Shown: positions 25,293 through 35,834 of the stretch, piece after piece
Layout of the letters: each line of letters begins with the position of its first letter
How positions within the stretch are numbered: the first letter of the stretch is position 1
Origin: a candidate division TM6 bacterium GW2011_GWF2_28_16
GTDB taxonomy: Bacteria; Patescibacteriota; Microgenomatia; UBA1400; PJMF01
NCBI GenBank assembly: GCA_001029715.1
Contig: CP011212.1
Span: 398,936-462,935, forward strand
DNA length: 64,000 nucleotides
Direction of reading: 5' to 3'
The notes under the pieces: generated by a model
What the model was told of the DNA's origin: nothing
The model's input: only the letters and a program-made list of their open reading frames with translations
Databases searched by the model: none
Translations under genes and position numbers: made by a program

Positions 25293-26405
25293 ATGGCAGC
25301 TTTGATTTTTATTCTTATTTTGTCTTTTTTAGTGATCATTCATGAGGCTGGACATTTTCTTTTTGCCAGAAAAAATCATATTAAAGTCAGAGAATTTGGT
25401 TTAGGCTATCCACCCAGAATTTTAAAATTATTTTATTGGAGGGGGACTCTTTTTTCACTTAATTTAATTCCTTTTGGTGGTTTTGTGCAGATGGATGGTG
25501 AAAATGGTCCAGAGGGAGATGAAAATAATTCTGCAGATTCTTTTTATGAGAAATCAATCAGAGCTCGCTTGCAAGTTATTTTAGCAGGAGTGACTGTTAA
25601 CTTTATTTTTGGAATTATAGCTTTTGCCATTGTTTTTTATCGCTTAGGTATTCCTACGGCTTTAGATGGCCAAGCAAGAATTCAGGATATAGCTGACAAT
25701 TCTCCAGCGATGGTGGCTGGTTTAGTGTCAAATACTAATATTTTGGCTTTTAAAACTGTCGATCAGTGGGTAGAAATGAATAGCATTTCTGAAGTTCAAG
25801 ATTTTAGTGCGGCTCATCTGGGCGAAACACTTGAAATTAGAACTTCTTTACTTTGTGACCAGGAATTTTGTACCGATGAATATAGAGAGAGCTCTATTTA
25901 TTTAAGAACAGTTGAGGAAACACCGACTAATGAAGGTGCGATGGGAATTGCTTTTAGCGATACGATTTTCAAAAGTTATCCTTGGTACTTAATGCCTTTC
26001 ATGACTATCTTCCATGCTTTTAAGCAATCAATCGCTTTAGCAGTATTAATATTGCAATCTCTTTGGCAGTTAGTTGTAGATTTATTTGCAGGAAGAGGTG
26101 TTCAGCAAGAAGTAGCTGGTCCAATTGGAATCATTGATCAAGCTAACACTTATGGGTTTTTTGAGGGCGGTTTTTTGAGCATTCTCAATTTTGCAGCATT
26201 ATTGTCTATTAATTTAGGAATTATGAATTTATTGCCAATTCCTGCGCTAGATGGAGGAAGAGCAATTTTGATAATTTTAGAAAAATTTTTCAAGAGAAAA
26301 CACATTGATAAAATTGCGCATTATCTAAATTATTTTGGTTATATTTCCCTACTTGCTCTAATGATCATTGTTTCCTTTAATGATATAAGAAACATTTTTA
26401 AATAA
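25293..26405 (+). CDS. rseP: RIP site-2 metalloprotease RseP (M50)
   Basis: HEAGHFLFAR (HExxH) in TM1, a central PDZ-like region, and NLLPIPALDGG near the C-terminus. Confidence 0.88.
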   Translation: MAALIFILILSFLVIIHEAGHFLFARKNHIKVREFGLGYPPRILKLFYWRGTLFSLNLIPFGGFVQMDGENGPEGDENNSADSFYEKSIRARLQVILAGVTVNFIFGIIAFAIVFYRLGIPTALDGQARIQDIADNSPAMVAGLVSNTNILAFKTVDQWVEMNSISEVQDFSAAHLGETLEIRTSLLCDQEFCTDEYRESSIYLRTVEETPTNEGAMGIAFSDTIFKSYPWYLMPFMTIFHAFKQSIALAVLILQSLWQLVVDLFAGRGVQQEVAGPIGIIDQANTYGFFEGGFLSILNFAALLSINLGIMNLLPIPALDGGRAILIILEKFFKRKHIDKIAHYLNYFGYISLLALMIIVSFNDIRNIFK

Positions 26406-26408
26406 ACT

Positions 26409-26657
26409 ATGGCAAAAAAAAGAAGTAAGAAAGATCGTCTTCGTGCTGAGGCACATCGTCTCACAAAAGTTAAATTAAAATCATCTTCTGTTCCTAAAAG
26501 AGAACAAACACCTGAAAAATCTTCCGCAGAGGAGAATTATTTAGAAAAAATTTTTGCCTATGATTCTAGCTTAATTGTTAAAGATTTAAAGAAAACTTTT
26601 ATAGTAGTGATCATTATTTTACTTGTTTTGTTAGCAATTGCTTTGTTATATACTTGA
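26409..26657 (+). CDS. Small tail-anchored basic protein (82 aa)
   Basis: Track ORF with a Lys/Arg-rich N-terminus and a C-terminal TM helix, FIVVIIILLVLLAIALLY. Confidence 0.45.
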   Translation: MAKKRSKKDRLRAEAHRLTKVKLKSSSVPKREQTPEKSSAEENYLEKIFAYDSSLIVKDLKKTFIVVIIILLVLLAIALLYT

Positions 26658-26687
26658 GACTTAGTTTAAATTTAAGAAAGGGTTTTA

Positions 26688-27884
26688 ATGCCGAAAAAGA
26701 ATTTAATAGTTGCCTTAGTTTTATATGTAGTCAGTGCAAGTTTATCTTTTGCTGCCTTCTCTTATCTCTCCAAAGATTCCTTGGCTAACTCAGTTGCTAA
26801 TAAGCAAGCTGAGGACCCAAGTCAGACCTTGCTAAGCAGTCTATTAGATATAGATCCAAATGAAGCTAAAGATCAGGTTTGTCCACTAAACGGTGCCTAT
26901 TACACTCAAACTGAAAAAACTGCTTGGGAGCAAAGGCGCCCTCTTTTTGTAATGATTGAAAATACTCCAGATTCTCGTCCTCAGGCTGGTTTAAGTCGTG
27001 CTGATGTGGTTTTTGAAGCTGTTGCGGAGGGCGGGGTAACTCGTTTTGGAGCTTTGTTTTATTGTGCTGCTCAGTATCAAGATCTAACTTTGGCTCCTAT
27101 TCGCAGTGCTAGAACATATTTTGTTGATTGGGCATCTGGTTTTAATTTACCGATGTATGTACACGTAGGTGGAGCTAATGTTTCTGGACCAACTGATGCG
27201 CTTGGACAAATTGGCGATTATGGTTGGGAGGGTGAAAACGACATTAATCAATTCTCAGTGGGTTATCCAACTTTTGTGCGCAACTACAATCGTATTCCTG
27301 GCAAAGAAATTGCTACCGAGCATACCATGGAAACAACCACTGAAGGTCTTTGGGAAGTAGCTGCTGATCGTGATTGGACCAACCTAACTCCAGCCAGAAC
27401 AGTGGCTAAAAAAGCAGTTCCCGCCGCTTCTTGGCAAAGTGCATACAAAAGTTGGACTTTCGAAAGCGATAAGGTTCCTGCTGGTTCAGTTAGCAAAGTT
27501 TCTTACGATTTTTGGACTGGCTATAATGATTATTCGGTCGAATGGAATTATGATAGCGCCACTGATTCTTATAAAAGAGTTAATGCTGGGGAAGCATTCA
27601 CTGACATAAATAACGACGAACAAGTTGCTAGCAAGACCATGATTGTTTTATTAACCACAGAAAAAGGACCAATTAATGAGAAGAAGCATATGCTTTATGG
27701 CACTACTGGTCGCGGTAGCGCTCTCATTTTTAAACATGGTCAGGCTCCAATTGAAGCCAATTGGGTTAAAGCAGATCGCGAGTCAGAGCTAGAATTCGTA
27801 GATGTCAGAGGTAAAGCAGTTGAATTAGCCAGAGGTCAGGTTTGGATTTCTGTCTTAGCGACTGGCTCTGAAGTTGTCTATTAA
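26688..27884 (+). CDS. DUF3048 (YerB-like) secreted protein
   Basis: An N-terminal anchor followed by RRPLFVMIENTPDSRPQAGLSRADVVFEAVAEGGVTRFGALF, which matches my memory of the DUF3048 N-terminal signature. Confidence 0.6.
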   Translation: MPKKNLIVALVLYVVSASLSFAAFSYLSKDSLANSVANKQAEDPSQTLLSSLLDIDPNEAKDQVCPLNGAYYTQTEKTAWEQRRPLFVMIENTPDSRPQAGLSRADVVFEAVAEGGVTRFGALFYCAAQYQDLTLAPIRSARTYFVDWASGFNLPMYVHVGGANVSGPTDALGQIGDYGWEGENDINQFSVGYPTFVRNYNRIPGKEIATEHTMETTTEGLWEVAADRDWTNLTPARTVAKKAVPAASWQSAYKSWTFESDKVPAGSVSKVSYDFWTGYNDYSVEWNYDSATDSYKRVNAGEAFTDINNDEQVASKTMIVLLTTEKGPINEKKHMLYGTTGRGSALIFKHGQAPIEANWVKADRESELEFVDVRGKAVELARGQVWISVLATGSEVVY

Positions 27885-27915
27885 AACTAGTTTGCTTTTT
27901 TGCTATTTTTTGTTA

Positions 27916-27948
27916 ATATTGAAATTGAGTACAAATTGATTTCAATAT
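27916..27948. promoter_or_regulatory. Perfect 10-bp inverted repeat ATATTGAAAT-N13-ATTTCAATAT abutting the RBS of the wHTH regulator gene (candidate auto-operator)
   Basis: Read directly: 27916-27925 is the reverse complement of 27939-27948. AAGGAG is at 27949-27954 and the ATG at 27960. Confidence 0.5.
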
Positions 27949-27959
27949 AAGGAGTAGCC

Positions 27960-28559
27960 ATGGCAGATCTAAGCGATTTATTAGTTTCAAAAGTTAGAGT
28001 AAAAATGCTTTCACTTTTCTTTGAAAAGCCGAGTGAAATGTATTACGTTAGAGAGATTACTCGTTTAGTTAAAGAAGAGATTAATGCCGTTCGTCGTGAA
28101 TTAGACAGAATGCTAGAGTGTGGTTTGCTGAAAAGCGAGCAACGAGCCAATCGTCTCTATTATTTTCTCAATAAAAAATATTTATATTTCCAAGAATTGC
28201 AGAGAATTGTAATCAAAACAACTGGTCTTGGCAAAAAAATTCGCAAATTTAGACGTAAATTAGGCAACTTGAGTTATGTGGCTTTTACTGGAGCCTTTTT
28301 AAATCAAGAGAAGCTAAATAAAGACGAATTGGATATTTTAATTGTTGGAGAAGTTGTTTTGCCAGAAATAGAAGATTTGATAAAAACTGAGGAAAAAAGT
28401 TTTGGTCGAGAGATCAATTACGCAGTTTTAGAAACTGAAGAATTTGAATTTCGCAAGGCTCGTCGAGATCCTTTCATCATGGAAGTAATGTATGGTGCCA
28501 GAGTAATGATTATTGGAGATGAACTTGAATTTTGTCATCGCGAATTGCCAACAATCTAG
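27960..28559 (+). CDS. Winged-helix transcriptional regulator with a C-terminal nucleotidyltransferase-like domain
   Basis: The N-terminus MYYVREITRLVKEEINAVRRELDRMLECGLLKSE is ArsR/wHTH-like. A later segment, FTGAF...DELDILIVG, resembles a minimal NTase G[SA]...DxD pattern. Confidence 0.6.
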   Translation: MADLSDLLVSKVRVKMLSLFFEKPSEMYYVREITRLVKEEINAVRRELDRMLECGLLKSEQRANRLYYFLNKKYLYFQELQRIVIKTTGLGKKIRKFRRKLGNLSYVAFTGAFLNQEKLNKDELDILIVGEVVLPEIEDLIKTEEKSFGREINYAVLETEEFEFRKARRDPFIMEVMYGARVMIIGDELEFCHRELPTI

Positions 28560-28610
28560 TTGTCTAATTTATTATTTTTTGCTAGAGTGAGCTGTCACGG
28601 TAAAGTCTTT

Positions 28611-29984
28611 ATGAAAAAGCAATCTTTGGCTAAATCTTTATTTTTAATTTTTTTCCTAACTGTTTTTGCTGCCTTTATTGCTTTACCAGATAAAATTGGT
28701 GATTTTACTAAGCCAAAAATTGACTTTTATATACTAGGTAAGCATGTTTATAAAGATTATCAATTGCGAAAGGGCTTGGATATTCAGGGTGGGATGCAGG
28801 TTACTCTTGAAGCAGAAATGGAGCAAATTTCTGAAGAAGACAGGGCTACTGCCTTGGAGGCGTCTAGGGAAATTATTGCCAAAAGAGTTGATCTTTATGG
28901 TATTAGCGAATCTTCAATTCAGACCTCCAAAGCAGAAGGTAAGAATCGTTTAATCATTGAATTGCCTGGAATTTCTGATCCAGCAGAGGCTTTGGAGTTA
29001 GTTGGTAGAACCGCTTTATTAGAATTTAAATTGCAGAGAGAATTAACAGATGAAGAAATGAATGAGGCAACAGTTTCTCCACAAATTTGGCTCAACTCTT
29101 TTGTTGATACTGGTCTAACTGGTAAGCAGCTCAAAAGATCTCAAGCTCAACTAGACCCGCAAACTTCAAAGCCAGTAATTTCTTTAGAAATGAATGATGA
29201 TGGTAGAGAACTATTTGCCGATATCACAAAAAATAATGTTGATCAGGTTCTAGCCATTTTTATTGATGGCGTGCCAATTATGACACCAGTGATTTCTACA
29301 GCAATTCTTGATGGCAAAGCAATTATTAGTGGTAATTTTACAATTGATGAGGCCAAAAATTTAGCTATTCAGCTTAATGCGGGTGCGCTGCCAGTTAACA
29401 TTAAAGTTTTAGAGCAAAAAACCATAGGAGCTAGTTTGGGCGATGAATCAATTCAAAAAAGTGTCAAAGCAGGCCTGATTGGTTTAGCTATGGTTCTTTT
29501 ATTTATGATTCTTTATTACGGTTGGTTGGGTTTTGTGGCTGATATTTCTCTGATAATTTATGCAATTCTAACCATCGCTCTTTATAAAATTTTTGGAGTA
29601 GTTCTGACATTGCCTGGGATCGCTGGTTTAATTTTAACTATTGGCATGGCTGTTGATTCTAATATTTTAATTTTTGAAAGAATGAAGGAGGAAATAAGAA
29701 TTGGTCATCCTTATGCTCGAGCAATGGAGCTTGGTTTTGGTCGTGCTTGGGACAGTATTAAAGATGCCAATTTAGCCTCTATTTTCACGGCTTTAGTCCT
29801 CATTAATCCACTTAATTTTTCTTTTCTTAATACAAGTGGTTTAGTCAAGGGTTTTGGTCTGACTTTTTTACTCGGTACTTTACTCAGCTTATTTACTGGA
29901 GTTTTAGTTAGTCGTTTGTTGCTTAGGGCTTTTCTGCCTCTTTTTAATCGAGAAAAACGAATAGGCAAGGAATCTAAATCATGA
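28611..29984 (+). CDS. secD: Protein translocase subunit SecD
   Basis: LGLDIQGG-type block (GLDIQGGMQVTLE), a periplasmic domain, and the C-terminal 6-TM block with VDSNILIFERMKEE. ATG 28611 is preferred over the TTG at 28560. Confidence 0.9.
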   Translation: MKKQSLAKSLFLIFFLTVFAAFIALPDKIGDFTKPKIDFYILGKHVYKDYQLRKGLDIQGGMQVTLEAEMEQISEEDRATALEASREIIAKRVDLYGISESSIQTSKAEGKNRLIIELPGISDPAEALELVGRTALLEFKLQRELTDEEMNEATVSPQIWLNSFVDTGLTGKQLKRSQAQLDPQTSKPVISLEMNDDGRELFADITKNNVDQVLAIFIDGVPIMTPVISTAILDGKAIISGNFTIDEAKNLAIQLNAGALPVNIKVLEQKTIGASLGDESIQKSVKAGLIGLAMVLLFMILYYGWLGFVADISLIIYAILTIALYKIFGVVLTLPGIAGLILTIGMAVDSNILIFERMKEEIRIGHPYARAMELGFGRAWDSIKDANLASIFTALVLINPLNFSFLNTSGLVKGFGLTFLLGTLLSLFTGVLVSRLLLRAFLPLFNREKRIGKESKS

Positions 29985-30856
29985 AATTAATGAGGTTTAA
30001 AAAAATATATTTTGCGATTTCTTTATTCTTTTTAATTCCAGGAATGATTTCCTTGTTTTTATTTGGTTTGAAGCCAGCTATTGATTTTACTGGGGGCTCT
30101 TTACTTGAATTGCAATTTTTAGATCAAGGAGAAAACTCCAATTATTCAGAGGCTAATTTCAAAGATAGTATTGCTAGCTTATATGAAGCAAACGTGGTCC
30201 AGAGTTCAGGAGACAATAAGATGATTGTTAAAGGTAAAGAAATTACTAATCAAGAAAAAGATGAAATCGTCAGCCAACTTAATCAGGTATATGGACAAGT
30301 AGAAGTTTTACGCTTTGAAACAGTTGGACCAGTTTTAGGTGCCGAGCTTTTGAAAAAAACTCTGGCAGCTGTTTTCTTAGTTTCTGGGATTATCACTTTT
30401 TATGTTTGGAAGCAATTTGATGAACTCAAATACGGCGTTTGTGCTGTTCTAGCTATGTTGCACGATTCGCTTATTTTAATTGGCGCATTCAGCCTATTAG
30501 GGCATTTTTTCAATGTTGAAGTTGATGTTCTATTTGTAACAGCTTTATTAACAACACTATCCTTTTCTGTTCACGATACAATTGTTGTTTATGACCGGAT
30601 TAGAGAGCTTAAAAGAAAACACACTCGTTTTTCATTTGAAGAAATTACTAGTGCCGCTGTTCTAGAAACTTTGAGTAGATCAATTAATAACTCAATGACG
30701 ATTATTATCATGTTATTAAGCTTGGCAATTTTAGGAGGAGATAGCATTCGTTGGTTTGTAATTGCCTTATTAATTGGTGCAATTACGGGGACCTATTCGA
30801 GTACTTTTACTGCTGTACCTTTACTTTTAGTTGTTGGAAAAAAGAAAATTAAATAA
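29981..30856 (+). CDS. secF: Protein translocase subunit SecF
   Basis: ATGA overlap with secD. IDFTGGS, LHDSLILIGAFSL and HDTIVVYDRIRE are SecF signatures. Confidence 0.9.
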   Translation: MKLMRFKKIYFAISLFFLIPGMISLFLFGLKPAIDFTGGSLLELQFLDQGENSNYSEANFKDSIASLYEANVVQSSGDNKMIVKGKEITNQEKDEIVSQLNQVYGQVEVLRFETVGPVLGAELLKKTLAAVFLVSGIITFYVWKQFDELKYGVCAVLAMLHDSLILIGAFSLLGHFFNVEVDVLFVTALLTTLSFSVHDTIVVYDRIRELKRKHTRFSFEEITSAAVLETLSRSINNSMTIIIMLLSLAILGGDSIRWFVIALLIGAITGTYSSTFTAVPLLLVVGKKKIK

Positions 30857-32429
30857 GTTTTTTAGCTTCTTTTAATAGTTCTTCTCTTGTATTTAGTTCT
30901 GGATTCTCTAAAATCTTTTCAAGCAATTTATCAAGTATTTCGCCAAGAATTGGTCCTGGTTTAAGAGATAATTCTTTCATCAAATCATTTCCATTAATGG
31001 CAAGATCATCTAAGCCCATGGGTTGATTGAGTTGCTCGATAATTCTGTTTTTCATTTCCTCTAGTCGCCAGCTGGTTTTTTTAGCGCCACTGCCAAGACG
31101 ATCGCCTTCTCGCAAATCGAGAATGTCATCAATGTTTTCAAAACCAACTCGACGAATGAAACGACGAATAGAGGAATCAGAATGATGTTCTTGATAATGA
31201 AACATGTGATATCTAACAAGAATAAAAACTCTTTGAGCATCTTTCTTTGACATTCTTAGTCTCAAAGCAATTTTGCTAGCTATGCGAGAACCTAAAATAT
31301 CATGATTATAAAAGGTAATTTCTTCATTTTCTTCTCTATAAGAAGGTGGTTTACCTATATCATGAAGAAGGGCAGCTAATCTAACAATTGGATCTTTGGA
31401 AGGGCAGTGTCTTAAGCTATCAATGCTATGTGTCCAGACATCGGTGGTGTGGTGCCCGCGTTGCTGCATGTTTATTCCTTGGTAAAGTTCTGGAATAATT
31501 TGCTCTAAAAGTCCAGATTCATCAAGCATTTCTATGCCTTTAGCTGGATTATCACTGGCCAAGATTTTTAAAAACTCATCTCTAATTCTTTCAAAACTAA
31601 TAAATTTTAATAAATCTTTATGAAATCTGATGGCGTAATAAGTTTCAGTATCTATGTCCATGTTGAGTTGCACTGCTAAGCGAATGGCGCGTAGCATACG
31701 CAAGGCGTCCTCAATAAATCTTTGATCCGCTTTGCCAACAGTGCGAATAATTCTTTTACTGATATCAGTTTTGCCATCATGCAAATCTATTAAGTCAAAA
31801 TCAGCTAACTCAAGTTCATAGGAAGTTTTAATTTCTTTCTGAGTAAAGATATTTTTTAGATACTTTTCGTTAACGCTAATAGCAAGAGCGTTGATGGTAA
31901 AATCTCTTCTTTCCAAATCTTCTTCAATGCTTTTACCGAAATCCACGCTTTCTGGTCGACGATGATCTAAATATTCTCCATCACTACGAAAAGTAGTCAT
32001 CTCGAAAGGAGGAACAGTTTTGATTTCTCTTTCTGGTTCTTGATCAGCGGAGGAGGCTTTATCTTTTAATGAGGCATGAATTTTCTTGGCTTTTTTGAGA
32101 TCAATAATTCTATTGGTTTTAACTTCTTCTTTTTGAATCATTGCGATCAAATTTTTGTCTGGGAGTTGATATTTCTTGCTCATTTCAACAATTAGATTTT
32201 CATGAGTTACGCTGACCGTGCCAAATTTATTTTCATAAAAATTTTCCGCAAAGATTTTTTGGATTTCTTCTGGAACGGCATTACTGGTAAAATCATAGTC
32301 CTTAATAGAATCAGGTTTAAAGTTCATAATTAGATCACGAACAGCTCCGCCTACCAAGAAACTTGAAAAACCTGCTTCATTAAAACGATGGAGTATATAC
32401 AAAACTTCAAATGGTAAATTTAAGCGCAT
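30849..32429 (-). CDS. cca: CCA-adding enzyme / tRNA nucleotidyltransferase with an HD domain
   Basis: FLVGGAVRDL, the DYDF head motif, RDFTINA, and the HD domain LLHDIGK. A charged insertion of about 100 aa lies in the head domain. Confidence 0.85.
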   Translation of the reverse strand: MRLNLPFEVLYILHRFNEAGFSSFLVGGAVRDLIMNFKPDSIKDYDFTSNAVPEEIQKIFAENFYENKFGTVSVTHENLIVEMSKKYQLPDKNLIAMIQKEEVKTNRIIDLKKAKKIHASLKDKASSADQEPEREIKTVPPFEMTTFRSDGEYLDHRRPESVDFGKSIEEDLERRDFTINALAISVNEKYLKNIFTQKEIKTSYELELADFDLIDLHDGKTDISKRIIRTVGKADQRFIEDALRMLRAIRLAVQLNMDIDTETYYAIRFHKDLLKFISFERIRDEFLKILASDNPAKGIEMLDESGLLEQIIPELYQGINMQQRGHHTTDVWTHSIDSLRHCPSKDPIVRLAALLHDIGKPPSYREENEEITFYNHDILGSRIASKIALRLRMSKKDAQRVFILVRYHMFHYQEHHSDSSIRRFIRRVGFENIDDILDLREGDRLGSGAKKTSWRLEEMKNRIIEQLNQPMGLDDLAINGNDLMKELSLKPGPILGEILDKLLEKILENPELNTREELLKEAKKLI

Positions 32430-32453
32430 GGCTTTATTATAATTCTAAACACA

Positions 32454-34100
32454 ATGAAATGGCATATTCAATCAGCGATCATTCCTAAAGACCTTGAAGA
32501 ACTAGGTAAAATTCTCCTTGCCAATAGAGAGATAGAAGATGAAAAAACATTTTTTAAGGGGATCTCTCCATTTAAGATTAGTCTTGAAGATCTAGGAATT
32601 GAACGTAGCGAGTTGGATAAAATTAAGCATCGCCTTAAAAAAGCCAAGGCCAAACAAGAGAAAATCATCATTTTTGGGGATTATGATGCCGATGGAATTA
32701 GCGCCAGTGCAGTGCTTTGGCAGGTTCTTCATGCAGAGAAATATAATGTTTTACCATTTATTCCCAATCGCCTTAAACATGGCTACGGTTTATCTGTTAG
32801 AGCCCTTGATGACTTGTTAAAAGATCAAGCTGACACTGCATTAATCATTACTGTCGACAATGGCATCGTGGCTCATCCTGCTCTTAAGTTACTTAAAGAG
32901 AAAAAAATTGACGTTATTATCAGTGATCATCATCAGCGAGATGAAGAAAAACTAGATGCTTTAGCAGTTTTTCATTCAACTAAGGTTTGTGGTTGTGCAG
33001 TAGCTTGGTTTTTAGCTAGAGAGTTGAGTACTAATTCTGATCGAAAGCTTTTAACTAATTTATTAGCTTTGGTGGCAATTGCTACTGTCACAGATCTGAT
33101 GCCTTTGCTTTCATATAACCGTTATTTATTGATGTACGGCTTGGCAGTTCTTAGAGCTAATAATAATCTTGGTTTGGAACAGCTTTTGCTTAAAGCTAAG
33201 ATCGATCCAGAAAATATTGATGCTTATACCCTGGGTTTTCAGATAGGTCCACGCATTAACGCCATGGGGCGTTTGGCTGAGGGTATGGATGCTCTGCGTT
33301 TGCTTTGTACTAAGGATAAGAAAAAAGCAGTTGCTCTCAGTAATCTTCTTTATAGTACCAATGAAGATCGACAAAATTTAACTTTAGATTTAACCAAACA
33401 AGCAGAAGAAATAGTCACCAAAGAAAAAGATGAAAAAATCATCATTTTGAGTTCTGCTGATTATCATGAAGGTATTATTGGTTTAATTGCTGGCAGAATG
33501 ACTGAGAAATTTTCTAAGCCAAGTATTGTCATTAGTGCTGGTTTAGACGTGGCCAAGGCGTCAGCCCGTTCTTTACCTGGTTTTAATATTACTGAATTTA
33601 TTCGCTTATTTAAAAAGGATTTATTAGAAGTTGGCGGTCATCCTTTAGCAGCTGGCTTTGCTTTAAAAACTTCGAAGATTGAAGAAGTCAAAAAAGCCAT
33701 GCAAGCTAAAGCAAAAGAGCTTTTGGCAGATACGAATTTAGAGAAAACTTTAGAATTGGAAGCAATTATGCCAGTGAACCTTTTGAATACCGAGACAGTA
33801 GGGTTAGTTAATAGCTTTGCTCCTTTTGGTTTGGCTAATACCAAGCCAGTTTTTCTTATAAAAAACGTTTTACTTAAAAACTATAAATTACTCGGTAAAG
33901 AACAGCAGCATTTAAAATTATCGATTTCAATCGGAGAAGATAACTCAGAGTACGATGTTTTAGCCTGGGGAAGAGCAAGCTTGCTTAATACCCTCAAATT
34001 GGAAGAACGATTTGATTTAGCTGTTTCTTTAGAAATTAATAGTTTCAGAGGGAGAGACAAATTGCAATTTGCTCTTAGAGATCTTCAAAAAGTTAGTTAA
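32454..34100 (+). CDS. recJ: Single-stranded-DNA-specific exonuclease RecJ
   Basis: DHH motifs IIIFGDYDADGISA, VDNG and ISDHHQ, and the DHHA1 motif GGHPLAAGF. Confidence 0.9.
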   Translation: MKWHIQSAIIPKDLEELGKILLANREIEDEKTFFKGISPFKISLEDLGIERSELDKIKHRLKKAKAKQEKIIIFGDYDADGISASAVLWQVLHAEKYNVLPFIPNRLKHGYGLSVRALDDLLKDQADTALIITVDNGIVAHPALKLLKEKKIDVIISDHHQRDEEKLDALAVFHSTKVCGCAVAWFLARELSTNSDRKLLTNLLALVAIATVTDLMPLLSYNRYLLMYGLAVLRANNNLGLEQLLLKAKIDPENIDAYTLGFQIGPRINAMGRLAEGMDALRLLCTKDKKKAVALSNLLYSTNEDRQNLTLDLTKQAEEIVTKEKDEKIIILSSADYHEGIIGLIAGRMTEKFSKPSIVISAGLDVAKASARSLPGFNITEFIRLFKKDLLEVGGHPLAAGFALKTSKIEEVKKAMQAKAKELLADTNLEKTLELEAIMPVNLLNTETVGLVNSFAPFGLANTKPVFLIKNVLLKNYKLLGKEQQHLKLSISIGEDNSEYDVLAWGRASLLNTLKLEERFDLAVSLEINSFRGRDKLQFALRDLQKVS

Positions 34101-34104
34101 AAAT

Positions 34105-34146
34105 AAAAAACCGCAAACTTTGCAGCCTGCGGTTTCTATTTTTTAA
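34105..34146. terminator. Bidirectional intrinsic terminator between convergent recJ and the dsbA-like gene
   Basis: Stem AAACCGCA(34108-34115)/TGCGGTTT(34128-34135), flanked by an A-run upstream and a T-run downstream. Confidence 0.7.
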
Positions 34147-34159
34147 ATTAATTTATAAA

Positions 34160-34981
34160 TTAAAGATGTTTTTCCAATAATGCTTCTACCTGTTCAATTG
34201 GCAGAGCACCAGGAATTAGCTCAAAACCACCCTTTTTACTAACGATGACTGTTCCTGGAGTACCAGTAATGCCAGCTTTTGAGCCACCAACTTGGTCATC
34301 TTTGACGCTTTGTGCCATTTCGTTACTATCAATACAAGCTTTAACTTTATTAGTATCGGCACCTGCAGCAGTAGCTAGAGAGAGAATCATTTCTTCACTA
34401 ACTATTTTATTAGTAGCATCAGTACCAAAGATTGAGCCATCAGCCATTTTTTCGTAAACGCTGTCAGAGAATTTCCAGAAAGCATCTTCGCTACCGTAAG
34501 TAGCTACACATTCACTTGCTTCAGCAAGAGGCTGAGCATTTGGATGGAAAGAAAGTGGGAAATGTCTGTAAACCCAAGCAATTTGGTCGCCATATTTATC
34601 CATTAAGCTGGTCATAGTTGGGTGAAATTTATTACAGTAAGGACACTCGTAATCTGAATATTCGACCAAAACGACTTTAGCATTCTTATTGCCACGAATA
34701 TGATCAGTTTTTGCATCAAAAGCTGGTAAACTTTCTAATTTTTTTTGGGCAGCGGCTTCAGCGACAGTCGTGTCAGCAACTGCGGTTCCACCAGCGCCAA
34801 TTCCGCTTTTGAGTATTTTATTTTCTCTCCATAGAGAACCAGTTAAAAATCCCAAAAGGAATGCCATAATTAATAAAATAATGATAGAAAAATTAGCGTT
34901 TACAAAATCGCTAAAAGCTTTTAAAGAAAATTTGCTTACCACAAGCTGTGGAGCTTCTTTTTGTTGAATTTTTTTTGCCAT
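34160..34981 (-). CDS. Membrane-anchored DsbA-family thiol:disulfide oxidoreductase
   Basis: N-terminal TM helix and a thioredoxin fold with the CPYC active site (YSDYECPYCNKFH). Confidence 0.8.
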   Translation of the reverse strand: MAKKIQQKEAPQLVVSKFSLKAFSDFVNANFSIIILLIMAFLLGFLTGSLWRENKILKSGIGAGGTAVADTTVAEAAAQKKLESLPAFDAKTDHIRGNKNAKVVLVEYSDYECPYCNKFHPTMTSLMDKYGDQIAWVYRHFPLSFHPNAQPLAEASECVATYGSEDAFWKFSDSVYEKMADGSIFGTDATNKIVSEEMILSLATAAGADTNKVKACIDSNEMAQSVKDDQVGGSKAGITGTPGTVIVSKKGGFELIPGALPIEQVEALLEKHL

Positions 34982-35057
34982 AAGGCCTTTCCTAAAAAAT
35001 ATAATAAAAGTAGATTACAATATGCCTTATTAGAAAGAATTTTACAAGCAGAATATT

Positions 35058-35834
35058 ATGACTAAATCAAGACAGCTTAGTATTTACGAAAAAAATCAAT
35101 TGCTTAGATATGGTTTAAAGGAAGATGATCTTTTAGCTAGAGCTGAAATGCCTGTCGAATATTTGACTGGCTTTGTAAACTTCAAAAATTTAGAAATAAA
35201 AGTTAATCAAAATGTTTTAATTCCTAGGGTAGAAACTGAAGAATTAATTGATTTAATAACTAATTTTATTGATTCTATTAGAGCGCCACTTTCTTGTTTA
35301 GAAGTAGGTACGGGAAGCGGAGCAATCAGTCTTGCTCTTTTTGATTTTTTATCAAGACAAAAAAATTTACTTTTGGAAAAATTTATTTTAACTGATCTTT
35401 CTACAGCTGCCTTAAAAATAGCTAAAGAAAATTTTTCTAGATTATTTGGAACAGGATCTCTTTCAAAAATTCAATTTTTAGAAAATGATTTGTTGAGTGG
35501 ATTTTCAGAGCAAAAGTTTAATTTAATTGTTGCTAATCTCCCATATGTTCCTTCTGGCAAAATGGCAAATTTAGACTTAAGCGTCAAAGATTATGAACCA
35601 ATTTTAGCTCTTAATGGAGGAGAGAGCGGTTTTGAATTGATTAACAAAATGCTAGAACAAGTTTTAGATAAAGAATTATTGAGTGAAAAAGGTCAAATTT
35701 TTTTAGAGGTCTATGAAAATCACAACATTCAATTTATTAAAGAGAAGTTCCCTAAAATCTTTCAAAATTTTTCAATTAGAGAATCCAAAGATCAATTTAA
35801 TAGACAGCGTTTTTTAATTCTTCAGAAGATTTAG
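35058..35834 (+). CDS. prmC: Release-factor glutamine N5-methyltransferase PrmC/HemK
   Basis: VLIPRVETEELI, SAM motif EVGTGSGAISLAL, and a catalytic NLPY (NPPY variant) in VANLPYVP. Confidence 0.8.
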   Translation: MTKSRQLSIYEKNQLLRYGLKEDDLLARAEMPVEYLTGFVNFKNLEIKVNQNVLIPRVETEELIDLITNFIDSIRAPLSCLEVGTGSGAISLALFDFLSRQKNLLLEKFILTDLSTAALKIAKENFSRLFGTGSLSKIQFLENDLLSGFSEQKFNLIVANLPYVPSGKMANLDLSVKDYEPILALNGGESGFELINKMLEQVLDKELLSEKGQIFLEVYENHNIQFIKEKFPKIFQNFSIRESKDQFNRQRFLILQKI

